Positions 8,854 through 20,342 are shown, counted from the stretch's first letter. The stretch is DNA of 64,000 nt from an uncultured Methanosarcinaceae archaeon (GCA_963727895.1 CAVSHT010000005.1:384001-448000); one strand, 5' to 3'. The notes: generated by a model not told the origin, from the letters alone. Numbers and translations are program-made.

Positions 8854-9116
8854 ATCCAGCCCCTTTTAAACTTCAGTTGTTTCCACTTCATTTTCGAGCC
8901 TACCCCAAAGCTCAAAATCACTTCTCTAATGCTCAAATATTAAAAAAGAAAACAGCACAACTGGCTAATGTAGGTACTTAAACACCAGCCAGTTAGGATT
9001 TATTTTAGTTATTTAACTTTCAAGTATAGTTATACGTTTTTATTTCTAGTATCAATATTCAGGGTGTAAGTATACTAAAACATCAGTAACTTAGGGTTAT
9101 TGTCTTTCCATATGCT

Positions 9117-9545
9117 TCATCGGTAGTATTTATTATAATTGTTATAAAAGTTGTTATAATTGCCATACCAGCTGTGATAATTGCCGTACCAGCTGTTATA
9201 TTTTAACAACCACGCCATGTACATTTTATACCAATTATTGTAATATTTGTCGTGCTTCTTGTGGTTCCACTCATTCTTTTGGCGGTTCCAATTATTCCTT
9301 TGTTGGTCCCAATTATTCTTTTGGCGATTCCAATCATTCTTTTGGCGATCCCAATTATTCCTTTGTTGGTTCCAATTATTTCTATCCCCAATATTCTTTT
9401 GCTGGTTCAAATTATTTCTATCCCCAGTATTCTTCCCACCATTATTATATGCATTATTCGGAGCTGCACTTACTGCTGCAACTGTCACTGACATTACAAA
9501 ACAAAATGCCAGCAAAATTCCTAGTATCTTTCTCATTTTCAGCAT
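9117..9545 (-). CDS. Secreted Asn/Trp/Tyr-rich heptad-repeat protein
   Basis: Signal peptide MRKILGILLAFCFVMSVTVAAVSA; 21-nt repeats; GGGGGT RBS. Confidence 0.8.
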   Translation of the reverse strand: MLKMRKILGILLAFCFVMSVTVAAVSAAPNNAYNNGGKNTGDRNNLNQQKNIGDRNNWNQQRNNWDRQKNDWNRQKNNWDQQRNNWNRQKNEWNHKKHDKYYNNWYKMYMAWLLKYNSWYGNYHSWYGNYNNFYNNYNKYYR

Positions 9546-9889
9546 TTTATTTACCCCATATATTTGCTGTTTAGATAGCCTTCCTTTATTGTCTTAAGTA
9601 TCTCGCTGATTATTCACAGCTTGACAATCCTAAAATAAGCCAGCTAAAATATAAACATACTTATAAATAATAATTTATAAAAGGGGACTAATTATATAAA
9701 TAATGGTTTCTAAAGGATTAAATATGAAAATATCCTTTTATAAGTGATATAACTATGAAACCACGTCCCAAATGAATTAATTTCTTAAAAAAAGGTTTAG
9801 AAATTTTTATTTATCCATAACACAAATAACATTCTGTTGTGAAAATGTCCAAATAAGTATGTGAATGTATGATGAACAAAAGTCAAAAT

Positions 9890-10062
9890 ATCCAAGGAAA
9901 ATATATGGATATTAAAGAAATGGTCCAACTAGTTGATTAATATTGAAATATTCAGAAGACTGCTGATAAGATAGGAAACGAAAATTGAGAATTACCTTGC
10001 TATGCTTCATTTAGGATGTGCATGTATAACATTCAGGGCAGCAGGACTTTTCGGAAGGCTCT
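9890..10062 (+). mobile_element. IS5-family 3' remnant related to the element at 20343-21215
   Basis: GAAAATTGAGAATTACCTTGCTATGCT...GCAGCAGGACTTTTCGGA-AGGCTCT matches 21133-21215. Confidence 0.85.
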
Positions 10063-10182
10063 TAATGAGTATGATTATTGTACCTATGTATCGATTCCAC
10101 AAAAAACCTCTCTATTTTATATTTGCGAGAGGCGCCGTTCAGATCGTTCCGCGGTTCTGACAGTGTAACATAAGTTCTGTAA

Positions 10183-12315
10183 GTGCGACAAGATGTTATG
10201 TCATAAATTGCCTTGTGCTACTCTTTCCATTTAGAGTAATCCTATTATGAGGTGCATCAGCAGTAATGCAGTTGTACTAAGCTCGTAAGACAATGTGGAA
10301 AAGCCTGAAAGTCTAACTTGGGTCATCTGCTAGGGTAAAAATGCTATGAAGAAACATATGTTGAATCATTGTACGGGTCGTGACTCATGACAAGCGAAAC
10401 TAGACTGATACGCTTGAACCAAACGGTATGAAAGCAGGCTGCGATGGTGTTACAGACGTCGCAGAAAATGGACATACGACTTTCCGGTCTATAGATGGCT
10501 TCTAAAGCATTTACATTATTTGTGACATAAAACTTGGTAAGCCCTATATGCTCCTTTTAATAAAAAAAAAAAGAGGTAGAGACTCTGTGAAGGGAATTAA
10601 TTGCATAGAGGGTAGAGGATTCAGTAAAAAGCGAATGTCAATCTGTAATGGAATTGGATAGGGGTTCAAACTTTGCCTTGATCCGAAAGGGTGCAGACTT
10701 ACTGATTGGTGTTCTATTGTATGAAAGGAGGCAAACTTCTGAATGTAAGTATTTCAACGATATCCCTTCAGGATAAGAAGCTTACAGACGCTCATCTCTC
10801 CCAGAAATGGAAAAGTATCAACTGGCATCAAGTAGAGAAGAGTGTTAATAAGTTGCAAACCCGAATTACAAAAGCAGTCTTACAAAACAAATGGAACCTT
10901 GTCAAGAGATTACAGTATTTACTGACTCATTCCTATTCCGCCAAACTTTTGGCAGTAAGAAGAGTTACTCAAAATAAAGGAAAAAGGACATCTGGAATCG
11001 ATGGTGAGAAATGGTTAACACCTGACTCCAAAATGAAAGCTGTTCTTAGTCTCACTGGTAAAAGATACAAAGCTAAACCCCTTAAAAGAGTCTTCATCAA
11101 TAAACCTGGTAAGAAGAAGAAACGTCCTTTAGGTATCCCTACAATGTATGACAGAGCTATGCAGTCTTTATACGCATTAGCTCTTGAACCCATAGCTGAA
11201 ACTATGTCTGACATCAGGTCCTTTGGATTTAGAAAACACCGAAGTACTAAGGATGCATGTCAGCAAATCTTTCTATGTTTAAGCAAGAAAAATTCAGCCC
11301 AATGGATCTTAGAAGGCGATATTAAAGGATGTTTTGATAATATAAATCATCAGTGGTTGCTGGCTAATATTCCAATGGAAAAGTCAATACTAACTCAATT
11401 TCTCAAAGCAGGTTTTATTTACAAACGTCATCTGAATCCAACAAAAGCAGGCACGCCACAAGGCGGGATGATCTCCCCTATTTTGGCTAATATGACATTG
11501 GACGGTCATCGAGAAGTTACTTTTGGCTGAATACCCAAAAAGAAAAGAATTCAACCAAGGTTAACTTCATCAGATACTGCGATGATTTCATAGTAACTGC
11601 TAATTCAGAAGAAACTGCCAGAGAAATCAAGGATATGATTGCTGTTTTTCTTAAAGAAAGAGGTCTTGAACTATCTGATGATAAAACTCTTATCACAAAT
11701 ATTAATGAAGGCTTTGACTTTCTGGGCTGGAATTTCCGCAAGTACAAAGGCAAGCTTCTGATCAAACCTTCCAAGAAGTCCATTAAAAGATTCACTGAAA
11801 CAATTAGTCAAACCTTAAGAAAAGGGATAGCATGGTCCCAAGATAACTTAATTTCCAAACTAAATCCAATAATAAGAGGTTGGACTAACTATCATAATTC
11901 AGTGGTCTCTTCGGAAACATTCCAGACACTTGACCATCGAATCTGGGAAATGTTATGGAGATGGGCTAAAAGAAGACATCCAAACAAATCCAAAGATTGG
12001 ATTGTCAACAAATATTGGAAGCAAAGTACTACACGAAAATGGAACTTCAGAACAGAAAGAAACAGTTTATTGCTTTTATCCAAAACCAGAATCTATAGAC
12101 ACATTCCTTTAAAACTGCAAATGAATCCATTTCTTGATATCGACTACTTCCATGAACGTCATAATAAATTAAGTTCCCGGAAAAGTCAATCCGTTTGAAA
12201 AAAAACTGCTGCCTGATACAGAAAGGGTTATAGAACGCTTGAGCCGGATGAAGGGAAACTTTCAAGTCCGGTTCTTAGAAGAGGGAGAGCGAGTAATCGC
12301 TCTTTCTTATTCAAC
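10183..12315 (+). mobile_element. Group II intron (probably chloroplast-like class)
   Basis: 5' GTGCG; domain V GAGCCGGATGAAGGGAAACTTTCAAGTCCGGTTC at 12241-12274; domain VI hairpin ending in AC; boundaries confirmed by the empty MITE copy. Confidence 0.95.
10706..12198 (+). pseudogene. ltrA: Group II intron reverse transcriptase/maturase, frameshifted at about 11505-11550, no endonuclease domain
   Basis: RPLGIPT, GDIKGCFDNI, GTPQGG, RYCDDF, GFDFLG, X-domain LNPIIRGWTNY; two frames. Confidence 0.93.
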
Positions 12316-12675
12316 AATTACAAATTTTAAAAAGTTTTTGAGCCATAAATTCCATATCCGAAGATCAATTTTCCCATAATACACAAAAACTTGACTTCAA
12401 ATTTACAGCAAATTTGCGACACTGCCGCGGTTCTGGAAAACGGCGATGATTTTTGAAGATTTTGAGGATATTTTGAGCGTTTTCCAGCGATATTTATGTA
12501 TATCCAAGATCCTGATATCATGTTGTGGAGGCTCTACGAAAGCTCCAGTAACAAGCGTATCCTCGATAAGTGCCGAATTTTCATCTTGGTTCTGAGCTAT
12601 AAAGAACTATGGTTTAACTATATTATATTTAGATCCAACCAGATATATATATTTGATCAGACCCTATATACTTAC

Positions 12676-13137
12676 ATGTCAACAATTATCATAAATCGAA
12701 CCAAATACATCAATGTAAACATCCTTCCTAAAATAGATTCACTGGCTCAAGAGCGTTCTTGCACAAGATCTGATGTACTAAGAGACGTATTCTATTCAAG
12801 TTTTAAATATCCAAAACAAGAAAGAACACCTGAGCAAATTGAAGCCGACCATGAACTTGAAGCATATGATAAGCGAGAGAGAGGACGCAAGTATATAGTT
12901 GTGGCAGTTGAAGATGCTTTCCATGAAGCACTTTTTAGATATTGCATCACAAGGCGTGGTTGCAATAATAAAGCAATCGAGTATATCCTAGCTAAATATC
13001 TTCACATACCAGTAGAAGACAAAGGTTTTAGAGACGATTTTATTCGGCTGCTTTGTATTTATAGCGTCGCACAGGACAAAGGCACTGGCAAGGGCATTGT
13101 GCGGGTTAAGAAAGTATCTACTATAACTTCTTTATGA
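12676..13137 (+). CDS. Putative tandem ribbon-helix-helix protein
   Basis: ATG 12676 after a TATA-rich tract; IDSLAQERSCTRSDVLRD and YIVVAVEDAFHEALFRYC..NKAIEYIL patterns. Confidence 0.55.
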   Translation: MSTIIINRTKYINVNILPKIDSLAQERSCTRSDVLRDVFYSSFKYPKQERTPEQIEADHELEAYDKRERGRKYIVVAVEDAFHEALFRYCITRRGCNNKAIEYILAKYLHIPVEDKGFRDDFIRLLCIYSVAQDKGTGKGIVRVKKVSTITSL

Positions 13138-13666
13138 AGCCTCTAGTCAAGCTGGCTGTTGAGCGAGGAGTAAAATACCCAACATCTTAAAAATGTTTTG
13201 ATAAATAAACTCGTTAACTTTAATCATTTTGACGCAGCTTCAAAAAACAATTGACTCCATAAAACTTATTATACAAATAAACTCAATAAGCGGCAGGGTT
13301 TATCAAGAACAAAACCACTCAGAATTTACAGAGACAAACCTGGACCTTAGAAGCATTGGACTCTCTCGTAAGGTCAACTCAGAAAAGTAATTTCCAGAAT
13401 TAAGTGCCAGAAAGTTAGCTGAAAATTGTCGGATATCTTAGAGCTTTTCAGATAGTATCAATCGAAAGGGATTGTTTTATATCGTTGAACGATATTAGGA
13501 CTGTCATATATTCTTCTTTAATTCCTTTAATCAAGATATATTGACGATAAAGATAGCATACAATTTTATATAAATCAACCATTTGATTCAACCGAAACTG
13601 ATTCGGAATAAATTTCAAGCCGAAGTAATTCGGAACAAATTCTAGTGTGCGAACACAGGTGATAGA

Positions 13667-15574
13667 ATGCAGTTATTGCTCATTCACTCTGACTATATTG
13701 AATATGAAACCAAAAAACAAACTCCAGTTGCTGAAAAAATCGAAGAATCCTTGAAGTCTGGTAGGCTTGAAGAGGCGCTCACCGCTTTTATGGCTGTGGA
13801 AAGTGTAGATGAGGCAAATCCTGAGGAAACTATAGAAAAGACGATTTCTGAAATTGAAAAGGTAGCTTCCCAGGTCAAAACCAACCGTATAATGCTCTAT
13901 CCTTATGCTCATTTAAGTTCTGACCTTTCTTCTCCTAAAGTTGCAGTACAAGTACTGAAAGGAATAGAAACTGCCCTCTCAGGTAAATATGAAGTCAAAC
14001 GTGCTCCTTTTGGATGGTATAAGGCTTTTAGTATAAGCTGTAAGGGACATCCGCTTTCTGAACTTTCAAGGAGCATACGTCCTGAAGGAACTTCAAAGGC
14101 AGCAGGCAAAATAGAAACGTGTGGAGAAAAAGTAGAGGTTGTTTCCGAAGCTCTCAAAGCCGAAGATACTGCAAAGTCTTACTGGCGTATCCTCACACCT
14201 GATGGAGAACTTCATGAAATTGAGAATTTTGACCTTGCACCGTATCCCAAGCTTCAGCAGTTTGTAGACTATGAGATTTCCAAAAGCAGAGCTGTTGAAC
14301 GTGCTCCACCGCATGTGGAACTTATGCGGAGGCTTGAGCTTGCAGATTACGAACCAGGGTCGGACTCAGGAAACATGCGTTATTACCCAAAAGGAAGACT
14401 TGTAAAGGCTCTCCTTGAAAATTATGTTCTTGATGTCGCAACTGATTTTGGGGCAATGGAAGTTGAAACCCCTATCATGTACGACATGAACCATCCGACT
14501 CTAAAGAAATATCTGGATAGATTCCCTGCAAGACAGTATTCTATAGAATCTGACAAACGGCAGATGTTTTTACGTTTTGCAGCCTGCTTTGGGCAGTTCC
14601 TTATGAACCACGACATGACAATTTCTTATAAGAATCTGCCTCTTCGGATGATAGAAATGACTCGCTACAGTTTCAGGAGGGAACAGCGGGGAGAACTTGT
14701 AGGTTTGAGAAGGCTTCGAGCTTTTACCATGCCTGATATGCACAGTCTGTGTGAGGATATGAACCAGGCTGTGGACCAGTTCAAAAAACAGTATGACCTC
14801 TGCATTAATGTGCTTGAAAATATAGGAATTCATATTAAAGATTACGAGGTTGCTATTCGTTTTACCAGGGACTTTTACGAGTCGAATAAAGAACTTGTAG
14901 TCAACATGGCAAAGACCGTGAACAAACCTGTGCTTGTGGAGATGTGGGACACCCGTTTCTTCTACTTTGTACTCAAGTTCGAATTTAATTTTGTAGATGC
15001 CCTTGAAAAAGCCAGTGCACTTTCCACGGTTCAGATTGATGTCGAAAACGCCGAAAGATATGATATTTCTTATGTAAATCCTGACGGCAAACTGGAACGC
15101 CCAACTGTGCTTCACTGTTCTCCAAGCGGAGCAATTGAACGCTGTATTTATGCCCTTCTCGAAAAAGCTGCAATGGAAACCGAAGAAGGAAAGGTTCCAA
15201 TGCTGCCAGTGTGGCTTTCCCCTACTCAGGTCAGAATTGTGCCAATATCAGAAAAACACATCGCCTTTGCTGAAGAAGTTTCACAGAAACTGGACTGCAG
15301 AGTTGATATCGATGACCGCGATCTTTCGATAGGAAAGAAAGTAAGAGAAGCAGGAAGAGAATGGGTTCCTTACGTGGTGGTTATTGGAGATAAAGAAATC
15401 GAAGATGGTACCATCAATGTAACCATCAGAGAAGAATCTGAGCAGAATAAGCCGAAAAAAGTTCAAATCACTCCTGAAGAGCTTAATACTCGCGTTAGAA
15501 GTGAGATAACAGGAAAACCGTATAGAAAATTGCCACTCGCAAAATACCTTTCTATAAGGCCAAAGTTCTTGTAA
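13667..15574 (+). CDS. thrS: Threonyl-tRNA synthetase, archaeal type
   Basis: N-terminal archaeal editing domain (LLIHSD, YPYAHLS, APFGWYK), [17 protein letters not shown], anticodon-binding domain. Confidence 0.98.
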   Translation: MQLLLIHSDYIEYETKKQTPVAEKIEESLKSGRLEEALTAFMAVESVDEANPEETIEKTISEIEKVASQVKTNRIMLYPYAHLSSDLSSPKVAVQVLKGIETALSGKYEVKRAPFGWYKAFSISCKGHPLSELSRSIRPEGTSKAAGKIETCGEKVEVVSEALKAEDTAKSYWRILTPDGELHEIENFDLAPYPKLQQFVDYEISKSRAVERAPPHVELMRRLELADYEPGSDSGNMRYYPKGRLVKALLENYVLDVATDFGAMEVETPIMYDMNHPTLKKYLDRFPARQYSIESDKRQMFLRFAACFGQFLMNHDMTISYKNLPLRMIEMTRYSFRREQRGELVGLRRLRAFTMPDMHSLCEDMNQAVDQFKKQYDLCINVLENIGIHIKDYEVAIRFTRDFYESNKELVVNMAKTVNKPVLVEMWDTRFFYFVLKFEFNFVDALEKASALSTVQIDVENAERYDISYVNPDGKLERPTVLHCSPSGAIERCIYALLEKAAMETEEGKVPMLPVWLSPTQVRIVPISEKHIAFAEEVSQKLDCRVDIDDRDLSIGKKVREAGREWVPYVVVIGDKEIEDGTINVTIREESEQNKPKKVQITPEELNTRVRSEITGKPYRKLPLAKYLSIRPKFL

Positions 15575-16003
15575 ACCTTTCAGCCTTCAAAAATATTTCA
15601 AATAAGAGTTGTTGAAAACCGCCAGAAGAAACGAAATTCATTATCTACCTGTTTCTTCTGGTTTTTTACATAACAGATAACTTTTTAGCATAACATATAT
15701 ATTGACGTAATTCTTATTATTGAAAAAAGATTCCTTTTCAATAAAAGCAATTCTAGGTTTTTTCTTATCCGCTTCTGGATGAAAAGATCCTGATTTATGT
15801 ATTTTGGCATATAAAGTTTTTACTAAATGAAATTTTTATTAATCGTTTGTAAATTATGGGGATTCACTTCTTATTAAATTTACAATTACATAAAGCATTT
15901 TCTTTTATATGGCTATACCAGTTACCCAGAAACCTCTTGTAAGGCACTTTCTGGTTTTGATATATCTAAATTTTACAGTGATAAGTATAAGGACAGCGTA
16001 TTA

Positions 16004-18190
16004 ATGACAAATTTAAATGAGATAGCGGTCGATATGGAAACTGTCGAGCTTGAGCCCTTGAGAGAAGATAAAAAGGAAATCTTTGAGAATATTATCAAGT
16101 ATCTTGAGACCAATCAAAGAGGCTATATTAAGGTTCCTACAGGCTGGGGTAAGACTTTTCTTTCGAAACACATAATGAAAAAGTACTATGCCGAAGGAAA
16201 AATTGTGCTTTTCCTTGTCTCGAAAAATAACCCCCTTCTTAGCCAGACTTTTCATGACAGGAAGAAAAATAGACCCCTTTTTCCCAATAGCACGCTTCTC
16301 TCTTCCGAACATAAGATAAACAAAAAAGAAATTGCTGAAGCTTTGAAGGCTTTCGGCAAGAGAAAGAATGAAGGTTTTGTACTTTTTGCCTCTCTGCAGA
16401 CCTTACTTGGAAAACAGAGCTCTGAGATCAAAGATCTAGTTCTTGAACTTACTGATCTTGCTATCGTGGATGAAATCCACAATTTCATTAACAATCGAGG
16501 GAACGATTTCCTCAACGAATTCGGAGAAAGGACAAAAGTCCTGGGAATGACTGCAACTCCATTCCAGGGTGTTGTCGGAAATGTCAAGTTTGTGGATGAA
16601 ATTTCAGGGGACATGAGGGAAGTCTACGCAAAAACCCTTCCTGAATGCATTCTGGACGATGAGCTTGCACACCTTAAATATACTATTACTGAAAGCTCAG
16701 AAGATATTTTTGAGATATTTGATTTTGAAAAAGGGCTTGATGAGCTTGATAAACAGGATCTTTTCCTTGACTGCAGCACGCCTGATAGATTGAAAAAAGT
16801 AATTCGAAGAACCCAGCTTGCAAAAGATGTCTATGACTCAATGATAAAACATAAGTATGCAAAAACACTCGTTTTTTGTGCTCCAGTGAGAAAGCGTGTT
16901 TATGGCATAGGGGCAGATGACGAAGAAATTAATGCTTTTCATGCAAAACTTACCTCTTCTGTCTTCAATGGAGAAATTTCAGTCCCGAAATCCGAAAAGA
17001 ACTTTGAGCCTGTTTTACCCACCAGTTTTGAGAATTATACCCCTGAAGGGGATTTTCGAGATACGGTTTATATAAGCTCTGAACTGCGCAAGGATGAACA
17101 AAATGCTATTCTCACAGCTTTCAGAGAAATGGGAAAACCTCCTTATGTCCTTTGTACTGTAGGCATGTTAATTGAGGGTTTTGACTTTCCGGGACTTGAA
17201 GCCCTTATTTTGCTGCGTCCAACCTTAAGTATGCGGCTCTTTGAACAGCAGGTTGGAAGAGTTACCAGGCTTTCGCCTGTTTCAGGAAAACAAAATGGAA
17301 ATATCTTTGAGATATCAGACAATATCGACTCTCTCTACCAGCGCTTTGGAGAAGGTGTTTTTTCAGGAGAAAAAGTCGACCAGGTTCAAATGCTCCAGCC
17401 TGAGATTCGTCTTGAAGAGTTGTTCTCAGAAGGAGGTGCAGCCCGGGCAATTGAAGAAGGAAAGATCGAAATTAAGAAAGTGGAACTTGGACCTCGCAGA
17501 AGAGGAAGAGGAAAAGGTGCTCAAATAAGGGAGATTCCGGTAAGGATTCCTCCTACTTCTATCAGGGCAAAATATTTCTCACGCCTGCTTGAACTTACTG
17601 AGGAGAAGGATATCGGAGCTTTTGAGCGAGAAAAACGGGAACTTATGCAGGCTACCTCGAGATTCAGGGTTAGAGAAAATAGAGATGCAGAAGATCTTGC
17701 AGATCTTTCAGGCAATATAAATAGACTTAAGCGAGAAGCTTATGAAGATCACAGACTAGGAGACGTTTCAAGACGACACAAACCCAAGGTTTTCGGCGAG
17801 GTTGAATGGTTGCTAAAACTTCAAGCTTTGAATTCCCTCAAGTATGAAGGCGGACATCTCTCAATGCCTGAGAAAAACAGGATCTTAAGAACTCTTGGTT
17901 TTGAACCAGATTTCCGGAAGATAGACAACCACAGGCTTAAATGTCTGAAACTAGGCTCAGCCCAGAAGACTATTCCCGAACTTGTAAAAGTGCTTGGGTT
18001 TGTAAGCCGCCTTTCATCTTCGGAAACCTACCAGTTCCTTGACAAAAAGAAAAAAGAACAATGGAAAAGAGAATTTCTACCTGCGGTTTACTGGGGTTTC
18101 TGTTTTATCAAAGATTCTCCCGAATTGCAGGAGCTTTTTGAGTCTACAGAATGGGACAGACGGGTCAAAAACATAATAAGACAGAAATAA
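16004..18190 (+). CDS. SF2 DExH helicase (ResIII-like)
   Basis: PTGWGKT, DEIH, TAT, LIEGFDFP, QQVGRVTR. Confidence 0.9.
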   Translation: MTNLNEIAVDMETVELEPLREDKKEIFENIIKYLETNQRGYIKVPTGWGKTFLSKHIMKKYYAEGKIVLFLVSKNNPLLSQTFHDRKKNRPLFPNSTLLSSEHKINKKEIAEALKAFGKRKNEGFVLFASLQTLLGKQSSEIKDLVLELTDLAIVDEIHNFINNRGNDFLNEFGERTKVLGMTATPFQGVVGNVKFVDEISGDMREVYAKTLPECILDDELAHLKYTITESSEDIFEIFDFEKGLDELDKQDLFLDCSTPDRLKKVIRRTQLAKDVYDSMIKHKYAKTLVFCAPVRKRVYGIGADDEEINAFHAKLTSSVFNGEISVPKSEKNFEPVLPTSFENYTPEGDFRDTVYISSELRKDEQNAILTAFREMGKPPYVLCTVGMLIEGFDFPGLEALILLRPTLSMRLFEQQVGRVTRLSPVSGKQNGNIFEISDNIDSLYQRFGEGVFSGEKVDQVQMLQPEIRLEELFSEGGAARAIEEGKIEIKKVELGPRRRGRGKGAQIREIPVRIPPTSIRAKYFSRLLELTEEKDIGAFEREKRELMQATSRFRVRENRDAEDLADLSGNINRLKREAYEDHRLGDVSRRHKPKVFGEVEWLLKLQALNSLKYEGGHLSMPEKNRILRTLGFEPDFRKIDNHRLKCLKLGSAQKTIPELVKVLGFVSRLSSSETYQFLDKKKKEQWKREFLPAVYWGFCFIKDSPELQELFESTEWDRRVKNIIRQK

Positions 18191-18380
18191 TTTCGTAAAA
18201 AATGAATTTTGGGAGATTAGTTCTCTCTCATTTTATATTTGTTTTTAATATTTAATTAACTTTAACTCATTTTTTAAAGAAGAATCTGAAAAGAACCTCA
18301 CGTTTTCTCAGAAAATGATAATTAGGTGAGAAACAAAAATGTGTAAACTAGACTTTTATACGTATAAGCAATCCTATAAA

Positions 18381-19415
18381 TTATTTTACCCTATATACAC
18401 CACCAGTTCCTTTTTCGTTTGTTGTATAAAGTTCTCCTTCCAGTATATTGTTTGTACTGTTTAAATCATAGACTACTTTAATTTCAGTATTAGGATCTGC
18501 AGTGTTACCTTTTAAAGTATTATTTTGAGAATGAGCAAGTGCGACTGAAAACGAGTATCCACGTTTCACAATAGTATTATTTAAAACTTTATTATTATTT
18601 GAATTTTCAAGAATAAGGCTGAAATAGTTATCTAAAATAGAGTTATTATTTAGCTCATTGTTAGAAGAATTATTAAGGTTTAAACCTTCCCATAATCCTG
18701 ATATGGAATTACTCATCAATTTGTTGTCATTTGAATTTTCTAAATAAATTCCCCATGCTCCATTATTAAATCCAACAAATATTCCAACACCTGAAACATT
18801 ATTACTACGTAGTTGATTATTATTAGAAGCCTTTAGATAAATTCCAAATGAATTGTTATTCACTTCATTATTATCTAGAGTATTCCTAGTTGAATTATTG
18901 ATGAAAACGCCATTCATGTTATAGCCTAATTTATTTCCTGTTATGTTGCTATCAGAACCACTACAATAGATACCAGATTTATTCTGTGATCCCGTAATAT
19001 TGAATCCGCTGATTGTTACGTTGTTTGCGGTTATATGAAATACATCTTCTTCTGGATTTGCAGCCTGAATCACAGTATCTGCAGATTTACCTTGTTTCGA
19101 GACTATAGATAAAGGCTTATCTACTATCAAATTTTCCTTATATACCCTTGGGTAAACCAAAACAGTACCATAAGAATTAACATTGTTGATTTTTTGTTGA
19201 ATTGAATCTTCTGGGTAAACAATAACAGTATCACCATAACTAGCATTACTGACGTTCTTTTGTATTAAATCTCCAGAGTGTATATTGGCATCAGTTGAGT
19301 TATTACAAAAATTACCGATACTGTAGGGATATTGTCCATTGCTTTCGAAATAAAAAATAAAAATTAGTGAAATGGCAAAAATAAACAACAATATAACTAT
19401 TTTTACATATTCCAT
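18381..19415 (-). CDS. NosD/CASH parallel beta-helix surface protein
   Basis: N-terminal TM; SIQQKIN..YKENL; repeated GIYL..SNNN..N. Confidence 0.88.
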   Translation of the reverse strand: MEYVKIVILLFIFAISLIFIFYFESNGQYPYSIGNFCNNSTDANIHSGDLIQKNVSNASYGDTVIVYPEDSIQQKINNVNSYGTVLVYPRVYKENLIVDKPLSIVSKQGKSADTVIQAANPEEDVFHITANNVTISGFNITGSQNKSGIYCSGSDSNITGNKLGYNMNGVFINNSTRNTLDNNEVNNNSFGIYLKASNNNQLRSNNVSGVGIFVGFNNGAWGIYLENSNDNKLMSNSISGLWEGLNLNNSSNNELNNNSILDNYFSLILENSNNNKVLNNTIVKRGYSFSVALAHSQNNTLKGNTADPNTEIKVVYDLNSTNNILEGELYTTNEKGTGGVYRVK

Positions 19416-19636
19416 ATAACTCTAATACTTAATATAAATTAGTTAATTGTTTAAAAATTTTATGTGTTAAATCTCAAAACCATTTTATCAATAAAAATTT
19501 AAAGGATTGAAATTCTTAATTGAAAGACAGTAAAAAGTTATAACAAAATTAAGTAGAAATGTATGGAGCAATCTATTATTATTCAAACATGTATCTTCAC
19601 TACTAAACTAGTATTCAAAAAAGTAGGATTTTATTT

Positions 19637-20206
19637 TTACTGGTCTTTAAGATATTCAAAAGTCCAAATAGGAATTCCTTTTACATCTCCTTTTTCAAGA
19701 TGCTCCATCTCATGAGCTGTGCTATATGCCAGCGTACCTTTCAGTTGTATGCGTTTTTTCTTTAGCTCCTTGACAGTTATTTTCCTGAGCTCCGGGTTTA
19801 CTTCTGCAAATATGATATTTTTAGCCTGCACGGTTATTAAGTAGGGTCTTTCAACTAAATCTCTTTCCTCTTTTGTCCCACATTTATCGAGCCTGCGGAT
19901 TACTCCTTCTTCCGCGATGATTTCAGGATCGATAAAAAGGTATATCTTTTCCAGAGTATAGCCAGTCCTGTTTTCCTCATTATAATAAGTAATCACATCC
20001 TTTACTGCAATGCTTTTTGCCTCTTCAGTGGCATAACTCCATGAGCCTCCAGATTTCAATGAAAGCAGAAAAGGAAGAAACAGATCTCCCTGAATTCCAA
20101 AACTTGAGGTCATATTTTTTTCTAGGGCTGAAAACCTGAAGATTGCTCTAATTTCTTCGGCATCCATATTTATACTCTCGTTATCCATATTCTCATTTCC
20201 TTCCAT
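19637..20206 (-). CDS. Peptide-deformylase-like HEXXH metalloprotein
   Basis: FIDPEII..DKCG..VERPY..AHEMEHL follows PDF motifs 2 and 3; motif 1 not recognisable. Confidence 0.6.
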   Translation of the reverse strand: MEGNENMDNESINMDAEEIRAIFRFSALEKNMTSSFGIQGDLFLPFLLSLKSGGSWSYATEEAKSIAVKDVITYYNEENRTGYTLEKIYLFIDPEIIAEEGVIRRLDKCGTKEERDLVERPYLITVQAKNIIFAEVNPELRKITVKELKKKRIQLKGTLAYSTAHEMEHLEKGDVKGIPIWTFEYLKDQ

Positions 20207-20342
20207 AATAGCTTGAGTCTAGAAGCCTATTTAATTTTACTTTCTAGCCTAAACATGTCAAAGTTTCTCGCCAAAGCTCTGCATTTTGGCAGAATACAAA
20301 GAAAATTCTATCCAATTAGATATCCTATTCGATATTATACTA

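Larger units (their letters stand above)
10159..12426. mobile_element. 135-bp MITE (GACAGTGT...ACACTGCC ends, 8-bp TSD) interrupted by a group II intron
   Basis: TSD GCGGTTCT at 10151-10158 and 12427-12434; the joined halves align with 57797-57932. Confidence 0.9.
1..13200. mobile_element. Decayed integrated virus/plasmid-like element; left end outside window, right end approximate
   Basis: Dense small unrecognised genes, RHH/wHTH regulators, membrane-protein cluster with a repeated promoter motif, nested tnpB/MITE/intron; core genes resume at thrS. No integrase or att site seen. Confidence 0.6.

Noticed and set aside
9203..9597. Alternative-frame ORFs 9203-9391, 9247-9597, 9252-9491
   Set aside because: Shadows of the 21-nt repeat in the real minus-strand gene.
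10706..12198. Diversity-generating retroelement or retron RT
   Set aside because: It has a GTGCG start, domains V/VI, a maturase X domain and an EBS1-IBS1 match; I saw no TR/VR pair differing at adenines.
13140..13500. att site or tRNA fragment marking the element's right end
   Set aside because: No tRNA-like sequence or repeat partner was recognisable; the left end is outside the window.
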